A DNA stretch of 64,000 bases from Octopus bimaculoides (Eukaryota): NCBI RefSeq assembly GCF_001194135.2, contig NC_068987.1, positions 89,298,133-89,362,132 of the forward strand, given 5' to 3'. Below the pieces are notes generated by a model, which did no database searches, was not told where the DNA came from, and worked only from the letters and a program-made list of their open reading frames with translations. Positions 1 to 13,247 of the stretch are shown here, piece after piece. Every line of letters begins with the position of its first letter. The first letter of the stretch is position 1. Both the position numbers and the translations under genes were made by a program.

Positions 1-332
1 ATACAAAGACCTGGAAATAGAGATAACTCGAATGTGGAATCTAAAAACAGAAACAATTCCTATCATAGTAGGTGCCTTAGGTATAATAAAAAAATATTCA
101 GACAAATACATAACAAAAACACCAGGACTTACAAATATATATAACATACAGAAAATTGCACTACTGGGTACTGCACACATTCTACGCAAAACACTTTCAA
201 TACAGTAAACATAAGAGCACCACAGCAAACCACAGCACATACCCAAGGCGCACAGAGCTGCGCTCGGTAGTGAAGTGAAAGCACGTTATAAAAATAAAAC
301 TACTGAATAATAATAATAATAATAATAATAAT
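1..332 (+). mobile_element. 3' end of R4/Dong-type non-LTR retrotransposon (restriction-like endonuclease C-terminus, 3' UTR, (AAT)n tail)
   Basis: Frame from nt 2 reads YKDLEIEITRMWNLKTETIPIIVGALGIIKK...IQKIALLGTAHILRKTLSIQ* (stop 206-208), matching the KY.DL/IPVVIGALG/LLGTA.ILR motifs of R4-clade RLE domains; (AAT)n follows at ~307-332. Confidence 0.85.
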
Positions 333-333
333 G

Positions 334-514
334 GCACAAGTCCAGCAAATTTGGGGGAGGGCTAAAGTCGATTACATTGACCCCAGTGTTCAACTGGTAC
401 TTATTGACCCTGAAAGGTTAAAAGGCTAAGTTCACCTTGGCAGAAGATAAGGACAGGCAAAATGACGCTAAGCATTTTGCCTGATGTGTTTAATGATTCT
501 GCCAGTTAGCTGCC
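334..514 (-). mobile_element. tRNA-derived SINE, family A
   Basis: Reverse complement of the unit seen on + at 50575-50770 (ggcagaatcgttagcac...gagttcaaattc B-box-like...gtcgac...aagtaccagtt). Further copies at ~1380-1555(-), 10255-10460(-), 38070-38260(+), 51680-51895(+), 56845-57050(-). Confidence 0.75.
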
Positions 515-618
515 TTAACAACAACAACACCAACAATAACAACCACAACAACAACAATGATAATAGTCACATCTGTACTATGATAAAGAAAGCTGCTTAT
601 CGTCTATCTATATATATA

Positions 619-992
619 TCGGGTCATCCCATAAGTAATGTGGTTTTGTCAATTGAACCAAAGGCTGGAGCAGTTTGAATGGGAAACGATGCCCCACCCA
701 CCATATTCGCCAGACAGTGCCCCATTCGATTATCATTTATTCCACAGTCTTCAAAATCATTTGAACGGAAAAAATATGAATTATGTAGACAAGCTCAGAA
801 CGGTAGTGGAGGGTTATTTTTTGTTGCAGATAAGTGAATTTCGGAAGAGGGGCCTTGCAAGTCTACCAGAGAGATGGAAGAGTATTTTAGAAAACAAAGG
901 AGAGTATATTTTAGATTTAAAAAGAACTTTATCTTAATTTTGAGAAATAAGAGAAGTGTAAAAAAAAACACATTATTTATGGGATGACCCAA
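619..992 (+). mobile_element. Internally deleted mariner element retaining both TIRs and the transposase C-terminus
   Basis: TIRs tcgggtcatcccataagtaatgtgg / cacattatttatgggatgacccaa flanked by TA; internal peptide WETMPHPPYSPDSAPFDYHLF...LPERWKSILENKGEY carries the mariner YSPDLAP.D motif. Confidence 0.9.
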
Positions 993-1700
993 TAAATAGT
1001 TATAAGCTATCAGTCTCTCATCTTCTTCCACCTCATCATCATTTATTTCCCTTTTTTCATGCTGATATGGGTTGAACGATATGACAGGATCTGAGGGACC
1101 CACAGACTGCATCATGCTCCAGTGTCTACTTCGGCATGGTTTCTACAACTGGATGCCCTTCCTAACACCAATCCCCTTACAATGAGTACTGGGTGCTTTG
1201 TTCATGGCACCAGCACTAGTGAGGTCACTGTGCAGCTTGCAAGACTATAATCCCCAAAGGAGTTGAGAAAAAATATGGATATTTGTCTTCTGAGGAGTTT
1301 CTAAGAGGACATGAAGAAGAATAATCCTAATATTATTCTGTCCATAGAGAGATATAAAAGTATATTAGTTTCAAATTTTAGCACAAGGCCAGCAATTTCA
1401 AAGAAAGGGGTTAAATCAATTACATCGACCCCAATACATAACTGGTACTTATTTTATCAACCCTGAAAAGATGAAAGGAAAAAATCAACCCCAGTGGAAT
1501 TTGAACTCAGAATATAGTAACAGACAAAATGCTGCTAAGCATTTTTCCCAGCATAATGACAAATATGCAAGACCACCACCCAAGAGAGATAAAAATATAT
1601 TGACATTTTTTGCATTGCAAAGTGAAGATTATAATTTCAAACTTTTAGGTAAACTTGTATGGGAAAGGTTTCCTGTTTATCCAATATACACTCTTCGTAC

Positions 1701-1918
1701 ATTCATTCATTGTATGTCTGTACATTCATTCATTGTATGCCTGCTTGTACATTCATTCATTGTATGCCTCTTTCTATATTCATTCATTGTATGCCTCTTT
1801 CTATATTCATTCATTGTACGCCTGTTTATATATTTATTCATTGTATGCCTGTTTCTATATTCATTCATTGTACGCCTGTTTCTATATTCATTCATTGTAT
1901 GCCTGTTTCTACATTCAT
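1701..1918. repeat. 27-bp minisatellite (attcattcattgtatgcctgtttctat), about 8 copies, continuing at 2331-2376 after an RTE insertion
   Basis: Directly visible tandem units; the 9-aa periodicity of overlapping ORFs reflects the 27-bp unit. Confidence 0.95.
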
Positions 1919-2330
1919 CGTGAGAAGACCCGGCAAGCCAAGTAAGATCATTGCCAGTGCCCCTGGACTGGTTCTTGTGCGGGTGGCACATGAGATGCAC
2001 CATTTTGAGCGTGGCCGTTGCCAGTACCGCCTGACTGGCTCCCGTAGGATTTTCGAGCGAGATCGTTGCCAGTGCCCCTGGACTGGCTTGTGCGGGTGGC
2101 ACATAAAAGACACCATTTCGAGCGTGGCCGTTTTCGTGCGGGTGACACGTAAAAGCACCCACTACACTCTCTGAGTGGTTGGCGTTAGGAAGGGCATCCA
2201 GCTGTAGAAACTCTGCCAAATTAGACTGGAGCCTGGTGTTGCCATCCGGTTTCACCAGTCCTCAGTCAAATCGTCCAACCCATGCTAGCATGGAAAGCGG
2301 ACGTTAAACGATGATGATGATGATGATGAT
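1919..2330 (+). mobile_element. 5'-truncated RTE LINE 3' end with hairpin tandem repeats and (GAT)n tail
   Basis: Starts in the last ORF codons (REKTRQAK*) shared with 37586-37620, then ~65-bp repeats, the conserved ggttggcgttaggaagggcatccagctgtagaaa block and a (GAT)n tail. Confidence 0.85.
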
Positions 2331-3551
2331 TCCTTGTACGCCTGTTTATATATTCATTCATTGTATGTCTGTTTTTCAATGCTAGCATTATTGAGGTATT
2401 TCCTTGTCACAAACTCACAACTGTTCTTCAAATAAGGGATATTTTATTCCACTTGTTATTGCAAGTGCCAAGCTATAAGGATGAGTTTTGCAGATAGAAA
2501 ATGTCAAAAAGTGTCACTGTTTTTTGCTCAGCACTTTCATGTGACGACAAGGGATGTAGACATTCTTATACACCCATGCACATAAATACATACATACATA
2601 CAAACAAAAATTGATGTTGAAATTCCAATGAAGGAACCTTGGATCTAGGTTAGAAACCAGTTCTTTCTTTATTGGCAAGAAATCTTGAAATAAAACTGAA
2701 CAATGACAGACAGACATACATACATTCACACACACATATGCGCATACTCACATACACACACACATACACATTCACTCACTCACTCATACGCAAACATATG
2801 CATGGAGGCATCATCCAAGGTTATAAATAGTATCCTTGAAAACCTTGCTGTATTCTGGAGTTCCAAAATGTGAAACACATTTTCCTTCTGAATTCCATCC
2901 ATGTTCATTGATTTCTTCATAGCATGGAATCCAATAGCGAAACAGGTTTCGCATTACAACACTCTGTGTTGCAGCAATGCTTCCTTAACATGGCGGCAAC
3001 CTGCTCACAGGAATGCATATGCATACACACATACACACGCGCACGCACACACATACACACACACGTATATTCATGAGCAGTTATGATAATTTTTTGTTGA
3101 AAAGAAAACACTGAATGAAAAAATTAACAAAAGCAGTGATTGTGTATAATATAGTTGGAGATTTTGTTTCGTATAAAAACTATAATACAAGACCACAGCA
3201 TTGGCAGTCATCTCCATGCTAATATATATATATACAGTGATGGACTGGCCATGTTGCCAGCTTGCCCAATGGCAAGTGGTCCCCTCCACCATTAGAATCT
3301 ATACATGGGGGCCCATCCCCTCAAGTTTGAGAATTTTTTCTTCACTCCTGGAAGAATGCATTAATTATTTCAGCCTGACTGTGTTTGTAGACAGTTGAAA
3401 AGAATACTTTTAACAAAAAAAGAAAGAAAATTAAATGATAGCCTTGTAGTTGCGGCTGGACCCCCTTAGTCTCCCGGCAACCAATATTTTTAGACCCAGT
3501 CTGCCACTGTATATACATATATATATATATATATGAGGGGACCTGTTTCTT

Positions 3552-3553
<2 letters not shown>

Positions 3554-3619
<66 letters not shown>

Positions 3620-3900
3620 TTAACGTCTGTTGTCCATGCTGGCATGGGTTGGACGGTTTGACTGGGCTGGCACTCTGGAAGGCTGTGCCAGGCTCCAGTC
3701 TGATTTGGCATGGTTTTCTATGGCTGGATGCTCTTCCTAACACCAACGACTCCAAGAGTGTAATGGGAGCTTTTACTTGCTACTGGCATCAGAGCCATTT
3801 GCATGACACTAGTATCTGCCACGGCATAATGCCAGAGGTCTTGGTCATTGCCCTCAAGAGGCCCAACACTCAAAAGGAACTCAGTCACTTTGCCTCCATC
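3554..3900 (-). mobile_element. RTE LINE 3' end with long (CAT)n tail
   Basis: Reverse complement of the same 3' UTR block; (CAT)n at 3554-3619. Confidence 0.8.
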
Positions 3901-4754
3901 GGGTCCAACGTTCAAAGGTTGATTTTTACGTTCCACCAGCGCAAAATAGATTCTGCATCTCACTGTCATCATCATCATTGTCACTATCGTCATCATTGTC
4001 ATTGCCACTGCCATTGATGCCATTGTTGCTTAACATCCATACTCCATGCTGGCAAGGGTGGGATGGTTTCACAAGATCCAGTGAACTCAAAGACTGCATC
4101 ATGCCCCAGTATGCGTTTAGCATAATCTCTACAGTTAGATTCCTTTTCTAACACCAACCACTACACAATGTTTATCGAAAAATCACATTTTTATGATAAA
4201 AATGTTGTTTCAAAGATATTTTCACTAAAGGTTCTTACTTAAAGCTAAGGAAGTCTTCACTTTAATAAGAATATTTGGGTATTAAAGATGTTATAACCCT
4301 AGAAACAGTCTTAGGTGTATTCGTATCAAAAGCCAAAAAGGTTTTCAAAGCAAAACTCTCTTTTAGATATAATGGTAATGATGTTAAAGAACTAGAATTA
4401 CTACAAATCTAATAGCTAGAACCATGCAGTTAATATAAAGAAACCAGAATAAATTTAGAATCATAATAAAGCCATTGTGTTCGGTTTTTGAATAAACATG
4501 AAACTCTGCCTGACTGACAGAAAACTGGCTTCATTGGCAACATGAAATTTGAGTGGTTAGTTGTAGAAAGAGCACCTACTTAAGATAAAAACAATTGTTG
4601 AAAAATATCATTTCAAAACTATCACAACTGGTTATGAATCAAAACTAGTTTCTATACCAACATGAGGACTGTTGATACAATTTCTTTCTTGTCAGCTGAG
4701 CTAACTGGGTCATATACTGTTGTTCGGTGTACAGGAGAATATATTTTGAGTGTA

Positions 4755-5099
4755 CAGGGTAGACTGAAAGTCTTGTCACTACCTGTAAATATTATTTTAA
4801 TTTTTTGTTTTCAAGGAGAGAGTTTCACAAGAGCGATACTAGAATACCCAACAGTTGAAGGATGATGTTTCAGCCGCCTTTGCAACAATCACCAAAGAAC
4901 GGCTTCGTAAGATTATATCACACAGGACATGGTGCTGCATCATTTTGTGCCATGAAAATCATGGTGTTCATACAGACCTTCTTGATGTGTGACAGTGTCA
5001 ATGAAAAGGAATATACTAAAACCGCTACATGTGTTTCATATTATTATATTGTTCTTATTACTTCTGAGCAGGGAGCAACAAGACTTTAGGACCACCCTG
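4755..5099 (+). mobile_element. Tc1/mariner-type non-autonomous element with transposase C-terminal remnant
   Basis: TIRs cagggtagactgaaagtcttgt / acaagactttaggaccaccctg, TA flanks; remnant peptide DDVSAAFATITKERLRKI...CHENHGVH. Confidence 0.7.
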
Positions 5100-5174
5100 T
5101 ACTAGGTAAAAGCTATATATTTTGGATGTACCAGGTTAGGGTTGTATATTTTTGGCATGCTTGGTAAGGGCTAT

Positions 5175-5535
5175 ATATTTTGGATCGTTACCAACGTCAC
5201 TTTCCTGGCACTTGTGCTGGTGGCACGTGAAAAGATATTCGAGCAAGATCATTGCCAGTGCTGCTGGACTGGCTCCTGTGCAGGTGGCATGTAAAATACA
5301 CCATTTTGAGCATGGCCATTGCCAGTACTGCCTGACTGGCCTTCGTGCCGGTGGCACGTAAAAGCACCCACTACATTCTCAGAGTGGTTGGCATTAGGAA
5401 GGGCATCCAGCTGTAGAAACTCTGCCAAATCAGATTGGAGCCTGGTGTAGCCATCTGGCTCACCAGTCCTCAGTCAAATCGTCCAACCCATGCTAGCATG
5501 GAAAGTGGACATTAAATGATGATGATGATGATGAT
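5175..5535 (+). mobile_element. RTE LINE 3' end
   Basis: Same 3' UTR repeat units, conserved block and (GAT)n tail. Confidence 0.8.
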
Positions 5536-6660
5536 TCTAAGTGTTATATATTGTGGGTGTGCTAGGTGAATGCCAAATATATAAAGATGGGAAATTTTCT
5601 TTATGATAATTCTCTTGATATAATCTGGTTATTTGTTATTTTCTTATACTCACCCAAGAACAGAAACCAAGTTCAGTTGAGGGTATTTTGTGCATTGAAA
5701 TAACTGAAAATTTGTATGTTTATATTTACACTTGAGTAACTTGTACATCATGATAATACGGCTTGTGACAACAGCAACAGCAACAATGATTATATGGCCC
5801 TAGTTTATCAAAGTACAAAAACTTAATGGTTGTAAATAGTTAAGTCTGAACCAATAACCATTTGTTTGTAATCTTGTCAAAACTACTAAACAGCCATTAT
5901 AAACAAAAGTTGATGATAACGTACAAATAAATTATCTATTTGTTATCCTGTTGAATCAAAAAGATAAATTCCATTACAAATGTAACAATTAGTTGTCAAC
6001 ATAATTAGCAATCAAGTCTAATTGAATGTAGAAATGTCAATAAATGGGTGCATGCATGTAATTAGCTGTTGTATAATTGATGAAAAGGTAAGGAGTTAAC
6101 TTATTATACTGTCCAGTAGGAAAATTATGGCTAATGAAAGAGTTAAGTGGAATACAGAATATTGGGACACTGCTTAATGGGAATATATAATACTAATCTT
6201 TATTAAAACAGGAGACTGGAGATAGCTTTTAGCATTATTTATTCATCATTACATGTGTTTAATTTGCTAATAGGAATTACAAGATTCTACTCATAGGAGA
6301 GACATGTAAGATACCTCTTATTAGAAATTTTTCAGACAGAGAATTAAATAATATCATTTGATTCTCTGTCTGGAGAATTTCTGATAGCAGATATTTTACA
6401 TGTTTTCCATTAGCAAATGGAACATGTGGAGAGTGTGATTAAAAGAGTAGTGCCAAAAATTACTTCCAATCTGCTGTTTTGATACATAATTATTCTTAAA
6501 AAAATATTTTCTGATATTTTTCCATTCTTATGCATGCTTCACACAATTATAACATCTACACGTAGATTTGGAGTACTGAAATAAACAGATGTACTTTAAA
6601 AGGACACAGCTTGGATTTTAACCCTATCTACATAATAATACTAATATTTAGATGACCACC

Positions 6661-6689
6661 CAGACTGCTGCTGCTACTACTACAACTAT

Positions 6690-6763
<74 letters not shown>

Positions 6764-6773
6764 TTGCTGCTGC

Positions 6774-6812
<39 letters not shown>
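6661..6812. repeat. Compound microsatellite (ACT)n-(GCT)n-(AAT)n
   Basis: Directly visible. Confidence 0.95.
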
Positions 6813-6814
<2 letters not shown>

Positions 6815-7152
6815 CTGAGACCCCCTTCAGTCATGACTGACCATGGGATTGCACCTAGAAAGTTCCCCTCTGAGGCACAAGTCTAAGCAAGGTGGTTTAT
6901 GGAAAGCCAGCAGTCGCCCATGCATACCAGCCTCCCCTCTCTATGCCAATGATGTTATCCAAGGGAAAGGCAAAGTGGCTGATACAGCTTGGCACCGGTG
7001 ACGTCGCAACTCATTTCTACAACTGAGTGAACTAGAGCAACGTGAAGTAAAGTGTCTTGCTCAAGAACACAACATGCAGCCCAGTCCGGGATTCAAACTC
7101 ACTACCTCACGATCATAAGCTTGACACTTTAACCACTGAGCCATGCACCTTC
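6815..7152 (-). mobile_element. tRNA-derived SINE, family B
   Basis: Minus strand begins gtgaaggtgcatggctcagtggttaaag (A-box-like)...gagtttgaatccc (B-box-like), followed by gtgttcttgagcaagacactt, resembling conserved SINE body domains. Confidence 0.75.
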
Positions 7153-7154
7153 AC

Positions 7155-7187
<33 letters not shown>

Positions 7188-7695
7188 AATAATGCTGTAC
7201 CTAGTATTACAACATAGTTTTCCATCCATTATTTCAAATCCATGAGATTTAGATGTTCCTGAGATGACATACCCTCCATTGTGTCAGTTCCTTCTATTAA
7301 TAATAAGATACACTGATCTGATCCGGAATTTTATCGATCCAGTCAAGTTCTGCTTGTTTCTAAGAATTCCATGTAACCAGTATAACCATTCTCATAATCA
7401 GATGGTCAATGATTAAACCAACCCCACAGTTCCACCATAATTTTCTGACTGAAAATGGTGGGTTAAACATAAAACTTGTCAAAGAGCAGAAGGGCATCTC
7501 ATAAAGGACCCAATGACCAAAATAGCTTAAGAGGAGGTAGGCGATACCGGATTGCCTGCCTCCTGAAACAGTATGTGGCTATGGGACCAAAATCAATTTC
7601 CATGTCAGATTGGTCAAGGTTGGTTAACTGATAACCAGATCAAGAATGACCAAAAGGAAGTTGTGTCGCTTATTGTTTCCCCAACACTTCCTTAA

Positions 7696-7908
7696 CCCTT
7701 TAGAATTCACATCATTCTAGCAAACATAATGTTTATTTATTCACATTATTTTGTATTAGTCATACATTATCTCATAGCTTCAAGATTCCAATAATGTGGT
7801 TGTTTATTTTTAGCATGACATTGTAGTAGGTGTGAGAGGCTGGATCTGACAGTTTGAATATAAAACAGAATATTTGGGTCAGAAATGGGTGGTTTAAATG
7901 CTAAATGG
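7696..7908. mobile_element. piggyBac-like MITE
   Basis: TTAA on both sides with ccctttag / ctaaatgg termini; related internal sequence recurs at ~32450-32545 and ~33770-33960. Confidence 0.6.
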
Positions 7909-8329
7909 TTAAACTATAGATTTGGAATGGAAGAATTATTTAGACAAGACCCAAGAGCAAATGCCAGTCAACTGAAATTCAGACTCTTGAGGTCTCATCT
8001 TTGCTCTTTCACTTAACCCAGTCAAATACCACCTTCTCCACCTGGTGAATTCCTCAATAGAGAAGATCAATCTAATCAATATATTGATATTTTGAGTGAG
8101 ATGGTTTAAATATTTGACTTTTACAATCGACATTTCACTAAAATTGACCAACACACTTCTTATGTAATTGTCACAGAGAACCGTAACATGTGAAGATATA
8201 TTAGCAATTGGTGAGAATGGAGAAGAGCTCCCGGAAGCTGCTTTTCATAGGGACCATATTCTCATGGAGGGCCTCAGAATAGCTTGTACACAACCTTCTC
8301 CTTCTCACTACATAGATTTATACTTTCTT

Positions 8330-8620
8330 CTTTAGGTGCCACGTCCTGGATGCAGGACATAGGTGACCATGTCCTGTCAAAATTCTCTGTTCTTTGTTTT
8401 CCGTAACAGTTCCTCTTCCTGATGTTTAATGTTTCTTTTTCCAACCAATTCATCAAGCTTGGCATCCATATCATCCTTCTCTTTCCTCTGCTTTTGTCCC
8501 CTTTAATCTTTCCAATCATTGCTAAATTCTCCAAGCCCTCTTCCCTTGTGGATAGACTTATACAGCAAAACCAAAACACTGAGAAAGAAGGCCCAACTGG
8601 ACACATGAAGCACAGTTTCT
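8330..8620 (-). mobile_element. RTE (BovB-like) LINE ORF C-terminal remnant
   Basis: Peptide REEGLENLAMIGKIKGDKSRGKRRMIWM matches the RTE C-terminal G.IEG.R.RGR...W motif. Confidence 0.65.
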
Positions 8621-10479
8621 TTCCACAGTAAATTTTCAACCCTCACAGCTCCTCCAACTACATAAAATATCTCTGTTAATCATCCAGATACATCATCCAG
8701 AACAGTATTCTAAAAACACTACCTCCTCCATTCATTTCAAACATAAAAAACATATTCACATAAAACATACTTTTTTTTTTCTTAAAAAATGTCTCAAAAA
8801 GCTTCTCATAAGCTTTAATGCACTAAAAACTTATTCCTAAATTTGTGTTACTGAAACTGGAGCATGTCTAATTATGCTTGTGAATCATTTATGCTTTAAA
8901 TATGATATTCACAGAAATAGTTGCTGCCTCTCTAGCTTCAATACTTTGCTAGGATGCACTACACTACCAAAAACAAAGTCTGGAGTGCAGCAGAGAGATT
9001 CCCTTTGCAGTCTTTTAGAAATAACATCCCAAAAGCCCTCAAATTACACTGCACCACAATCAAAATATAGTCCAGGACAGACAAAAGTATATGCAAGAAA
9101 CGGAGTAGTCACAGCTTTCATGTCCTTTAATTGAATGATTGCTTGATCATGACTAACCTGAGATTAACCAAAAACAACAAGACAAAGAGAGGTAGAGTGG
9201 ACAGGGGAGAGAATGCAGTATCCCCATTGCAATTCATGCTGCACCTCATACAATTCAATGACAGCCTGTTGGAATGTATACACGATGACCTTCAATGAGA
9301 TGAATGTATTACATAACTGAGAAATACAGATATGTGGGTCAGCCCTTGATATTCGCTTGACTAACTGCATCCTATAAAACTGCTCACAGCTGACCCAGAT
9401 ATCTATTGATACAATAATGGCCTAGGCTGTTATTTCTGCTTGTGACTTTAATTTTGTATGTTATTGTAGAAGTTGTTGTTTAAAATGTTCAACATTTGCT
9501 GTTTCAGTCCACATATTTTACCATTAACTTTTTAATGGGTTAATCAGAAGAACAACAACATCTACAATCTTTTCCAGAACATTCAAGACTGGTGGGAATA
9601 TCATCATCATCATCATCATCATTATAATACCCACATTTCCATGTTTGCATGGGTTGGATGCAATTTGTTGAGGTGAATTTTCTGTGGCTGGATGCCCTTC
9701 CTGTCACCAACCCCTCACCTGTTTCCAAGCAAAGTAATATTCCCTCGTGGTTGGTCATGTTCTTCACAGAAGATCAGACATGAAGGACACTACTTGCATG
9801 TGGTTGACATTTGTTTACACCTATCACATGAAGTCAAAGCAAGGAGACAGTAACACACACACACACACACAGGTATATACAATGGGATTTCTTCTGTTGA
9901 CTAAATCCTCTGGTTGGCTCTGATCAATAGCAGAAGACACTTGTAGGAATTGAACCTGGAACCATGTAGTTGGGAAGCAAGTTTCTTACCACACAGCATT
10001 GCCATGATCTATGGTTGTGTGGGCTCTGGTAGGAAACAACACATCAAGATAACAAGATGTCCACAGATTGGAAACCAGGTCTCAAAATGCAGCAACAGAG
10101 TGGAGTCTAATGAAGGAACCCAAGAGTCAAGAGTCAGATTTAGTCAACGACTAAAGAACTGGAATCTATTGGACTCTGTCATCATTTCAGCAAATAAAGA
10201 TTCAGCAGGACGCAGCTGCTGTATTCTCAGTTTGATGTTTTATTTATTTCTTTATTGACCACAGGGGGCTAAACAGAGAGGGGACAAACAAAGGGTTTAA
10301 GTCGATTACATCGACCCCAGTGCGTAACTGGTACTTATTTAATCGACCTCAAAAGGATGAAAGGCAAAGTCGACCTCGGCTGAATTTGAACTCAGAACAT
10401 AATGGAGAACGAAATACTGCTAAGCATTTCGTCCGGTGTGCTAAAGATTCTGCCAGGTCACCACCCTGATTTTGATGTT

Positions 10480-11650
10480 TTAGGATTTGCAGATCCTGTT
10501 GTAGATGTTGCAGCGGTGATCACAGTCATCTAGGAGTAGATTTGTATCTGGCTCCACATTGAGCTCATTTCTCCTTCAGGGTATTGATCCCAGCTGTCTC
10601 AAAGTCAGAGAGGGCTTGGTAGCAAGAGCTTCCCCACTGGGCTCTATTCAGTGCAACCAATCCCTATGTCTACAGATTTATCTTGGAAGTACAGCCTTGC
10701 AGCAGGAAAGGTGCGGCAAAAGACGGTGTGGCAAAATTCCTCCAATGTAAGGAGCTGGTGGAGTCGCTTTGGTTGGGACTCTGAAATCCTGTTGATCAGG
10801 GTGGTTTTGAATGTGTCGTATGACACGGAACCAGGTGGTGCCATAATGAGATCTCAGACCACATTCATGATCTTTAGCGATAGGGAACCGATCACATGTG
10901 TAAGGTGAGACATATCGCTAACAATTCAGTTGGAAGAAAACTGGGCCTCAATGTGGTGAAACCATAATGCAGGACTGTGTGTCCAAAATGGTGGAATCCT
11001 CAGAGTAATCGCAGCCTGGAATGCCATGTTGACTGTGGATGTGTTCACTGCTGGGTTGTGTTCCGGTAGAGCCATAGTGTGACGACTAATCGCAGCAATT
11101 TTGCAGTTCTGACTCAGTGATGTGTGATGTGAAGGCTGTCATTCTTCGTCATTCTTCGTAGCAAAAGATGTTGTTGAGGCAGAAGATGAAATAGACATGT
11201 GGACAACATCAAAGTAAAACAATGGAGAAACATTTAGTTGTAGTTTAAATAATTTATTTAATCGACACTTGCATTTACGTGTTGTATATACCAAAAAGTT
11301 CACTACGTGACATTACCAAGTTACTTCGAGTTGGCGAAGAAGGAATTAACAGAGGAAATACTGTGTTGATATGATGAGGTAGAACTGGACATGTTTTGTG
11401 TCTGTGTGTGCATTGGTCATTCACTGGTGTCTGTTTATGTTCTGTGACTGCTACTGTGTTGGGTCATTCATGTTGAATATGTTGTTCTCTGTTGGCTGCT
11501 GGCGCAAGGCTGTCTCTGGACAGTTCACTTGGTGATGGCTCTCTTGCCTCTGGCTATCTCTCTCTGCTGTCCCTTGATGGATTGCTGTATTTATAATGGT
11601 CATGACAGCTAGGACAGACATACCACAGGAGAAATTCCTACCTATGTAGG
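10480..11650 (-). mobile_element. Degenerate Ty3/Gypsy LTR retrotransposon 5' part (putative LTR ~11340-11645, leader, gag remnant)
   Basis: Minus-strand frames give LRIPPFWTHSPALWFHHIEAQF and DLIMAPPGSVSYDTFKTTLINRISESQPKRLHQLL, typical of invertebrate Gypsy gag; upstream TATAAA-bearing segment followed by TGGT. Interrupted by stops and frameshifts. Confidence 0.75.
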
Positions 11651-12744
11651 TCACCTCTTGTCCACTTGAACCTTAAATGACACGGCTGAGGTCATAGGTC
11701 AAAGGGAAAAGCCATCTATCACTTTTTGACAGGATAAAGAAATTTCTTTCACGCCCACCCGTTTGGCCAGTGGTGGATCAGAGGAGTGAGAATCCTTAAA
11801 TTCAGTTTCAAATCTCAGCTCAGAAAAAGAAAGTGTTAGTTTTTACAGCCTGTTTAATAAACTTCCAAACAGTTTGTTTACCAAACCTCATGAGCAGGTC
11901 TTGGTTTGACATGAGGCTGTAGCAGTAATGTAGGTAGTGGGGAACAAGGGGCAGAGATTCTTACTCTGGCAACGATTTTATGGTGGCAGCAATTTTAGCT
12001 CTGCTGTATAATCCTATTTAGGCTTGCGGGCCTGGAGGTAGAGTGGAAAACTCAAGGGGTATCCAGGGTGGAATACACTCTTGCTACACCATTGGGTTGT
12101 AGTAGATAACATAGCAGATCCACTCAGAGCTTTATGTTCACGAAGAATGTATGTTAACTGGAAACTTATGTTCACAAAGTGCATGTGTTCGGTGAGAAGT
12201 TATATGAATAATTTGGAAATAACAATGTTGAATGTGATAGTAGTATTAATAGTAGTAGTGGCAGTGGAAGTGACTGATGGAGGTGGAGGTAGCAGTGACA
12301 GTTGTGATGTAATGGTGTATAGAATAACAGTGAAGAAGATAAGTGTAAGAATAACAGTGGGGAGTGTGAGGGGGGCAAAAATGGAAATTATGATGATTAT
12401 AATCATCATCATCAAATCATAGTGTTGATCATGGTAATTTTCATGCTGATAGTCATGATGATTATAACATTTTTTTTATACCAAATAACTCTGTAACCTA
12501 GTATTACACAGTGATACAATGTACTTGGTGTTAAGCCATCTCTTATCTAACCTAAATATATATATATATATATATATANNNNNNNNNNNNNNNNNNNNNN
12601 NNNNNNNNNNNNNNNNNNNNNNNNNNNNNNNNNNNNNNNNNNNNNNNNNNNNNNNNNNNNNNNNNNNNNNNNNNNNNNNNNNNNNNNNNNNNNNNNNNNN
12701 NNNNNNNNNNNNNNNNNNNNNNNNNNNNNNNNNNNNNNNNNNNN

Positions 12745-13247
12745 GCTGGTGGCACATAAAAAGTACCAGTTGAGTGCGGTCATTGCCAGTGCCGCTTGAC
12801 AGGTTTCTGTGCCGGTGTCACATAAAAAGCACCATTCGAGCGTGGTTGTTGCCAGTGCTGCTTGACTGGTCCTGTGCCAGTGACATGTAAAAAGCACCAT
12901 TCAAGCGTGGTCATTGCCAGTGCTGCCTGACCAGCTCCCGTGCCAGTGGCACATAAAAAGCATCATTCAAGCGTGGTCAATGCTAGTACTGGCTGACTGG
13001 TCCCATGCTGGTGGCACATAAAAAGCACCATTCGAGTGTGGTCGATGCCAGTGCCGCCTGACTGGCTCCCATGCCGGTGGCACATCATGAGCACCCATTA
13101 CACTCTCGGAGTGGTTGGCGTTAGGAAGGGCATCCATCTGTAGAAACATTGCCAGATTAGAATGGAGCCTGGTGCTGCCTTCTGGCTTGCCAGCCCTCAG
13201 TCAAACCAGAATGGAAAGCATATGTTAACGACGACGACGATGATGTC
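12745..13247 (+). mobile_element. RTE LINE 3' UTR with at least 5 tandem 65-66-bp units
   Basis: aagcaccat(t) motif recurs at 12827, 12892, 12958, 13023, 13089; conserved terminal block follows. Confidence 0.85.

Noticed and set aside
1471-1945. Repetitive-peptide ORFs, and likewise poly-D/M/T/N ORFs at 3.4, 6.6 and 22.8 kb
   Set aside because: Translations of mini- and microsatellites with no other coding evidence.
6815-7152. tRNA genes in SINE heads (also 41600-41665 and 45413-45480)
   Set aside because: No complete acceptor stem, and each continues into a repeated SINE body.
9158-9371. Possible minus-strand exon with acceptor and CAG|GTTAGT donor
   Set aside because: The only open frame stops before the donor, there is no recognisable domain and no partner exons were found.
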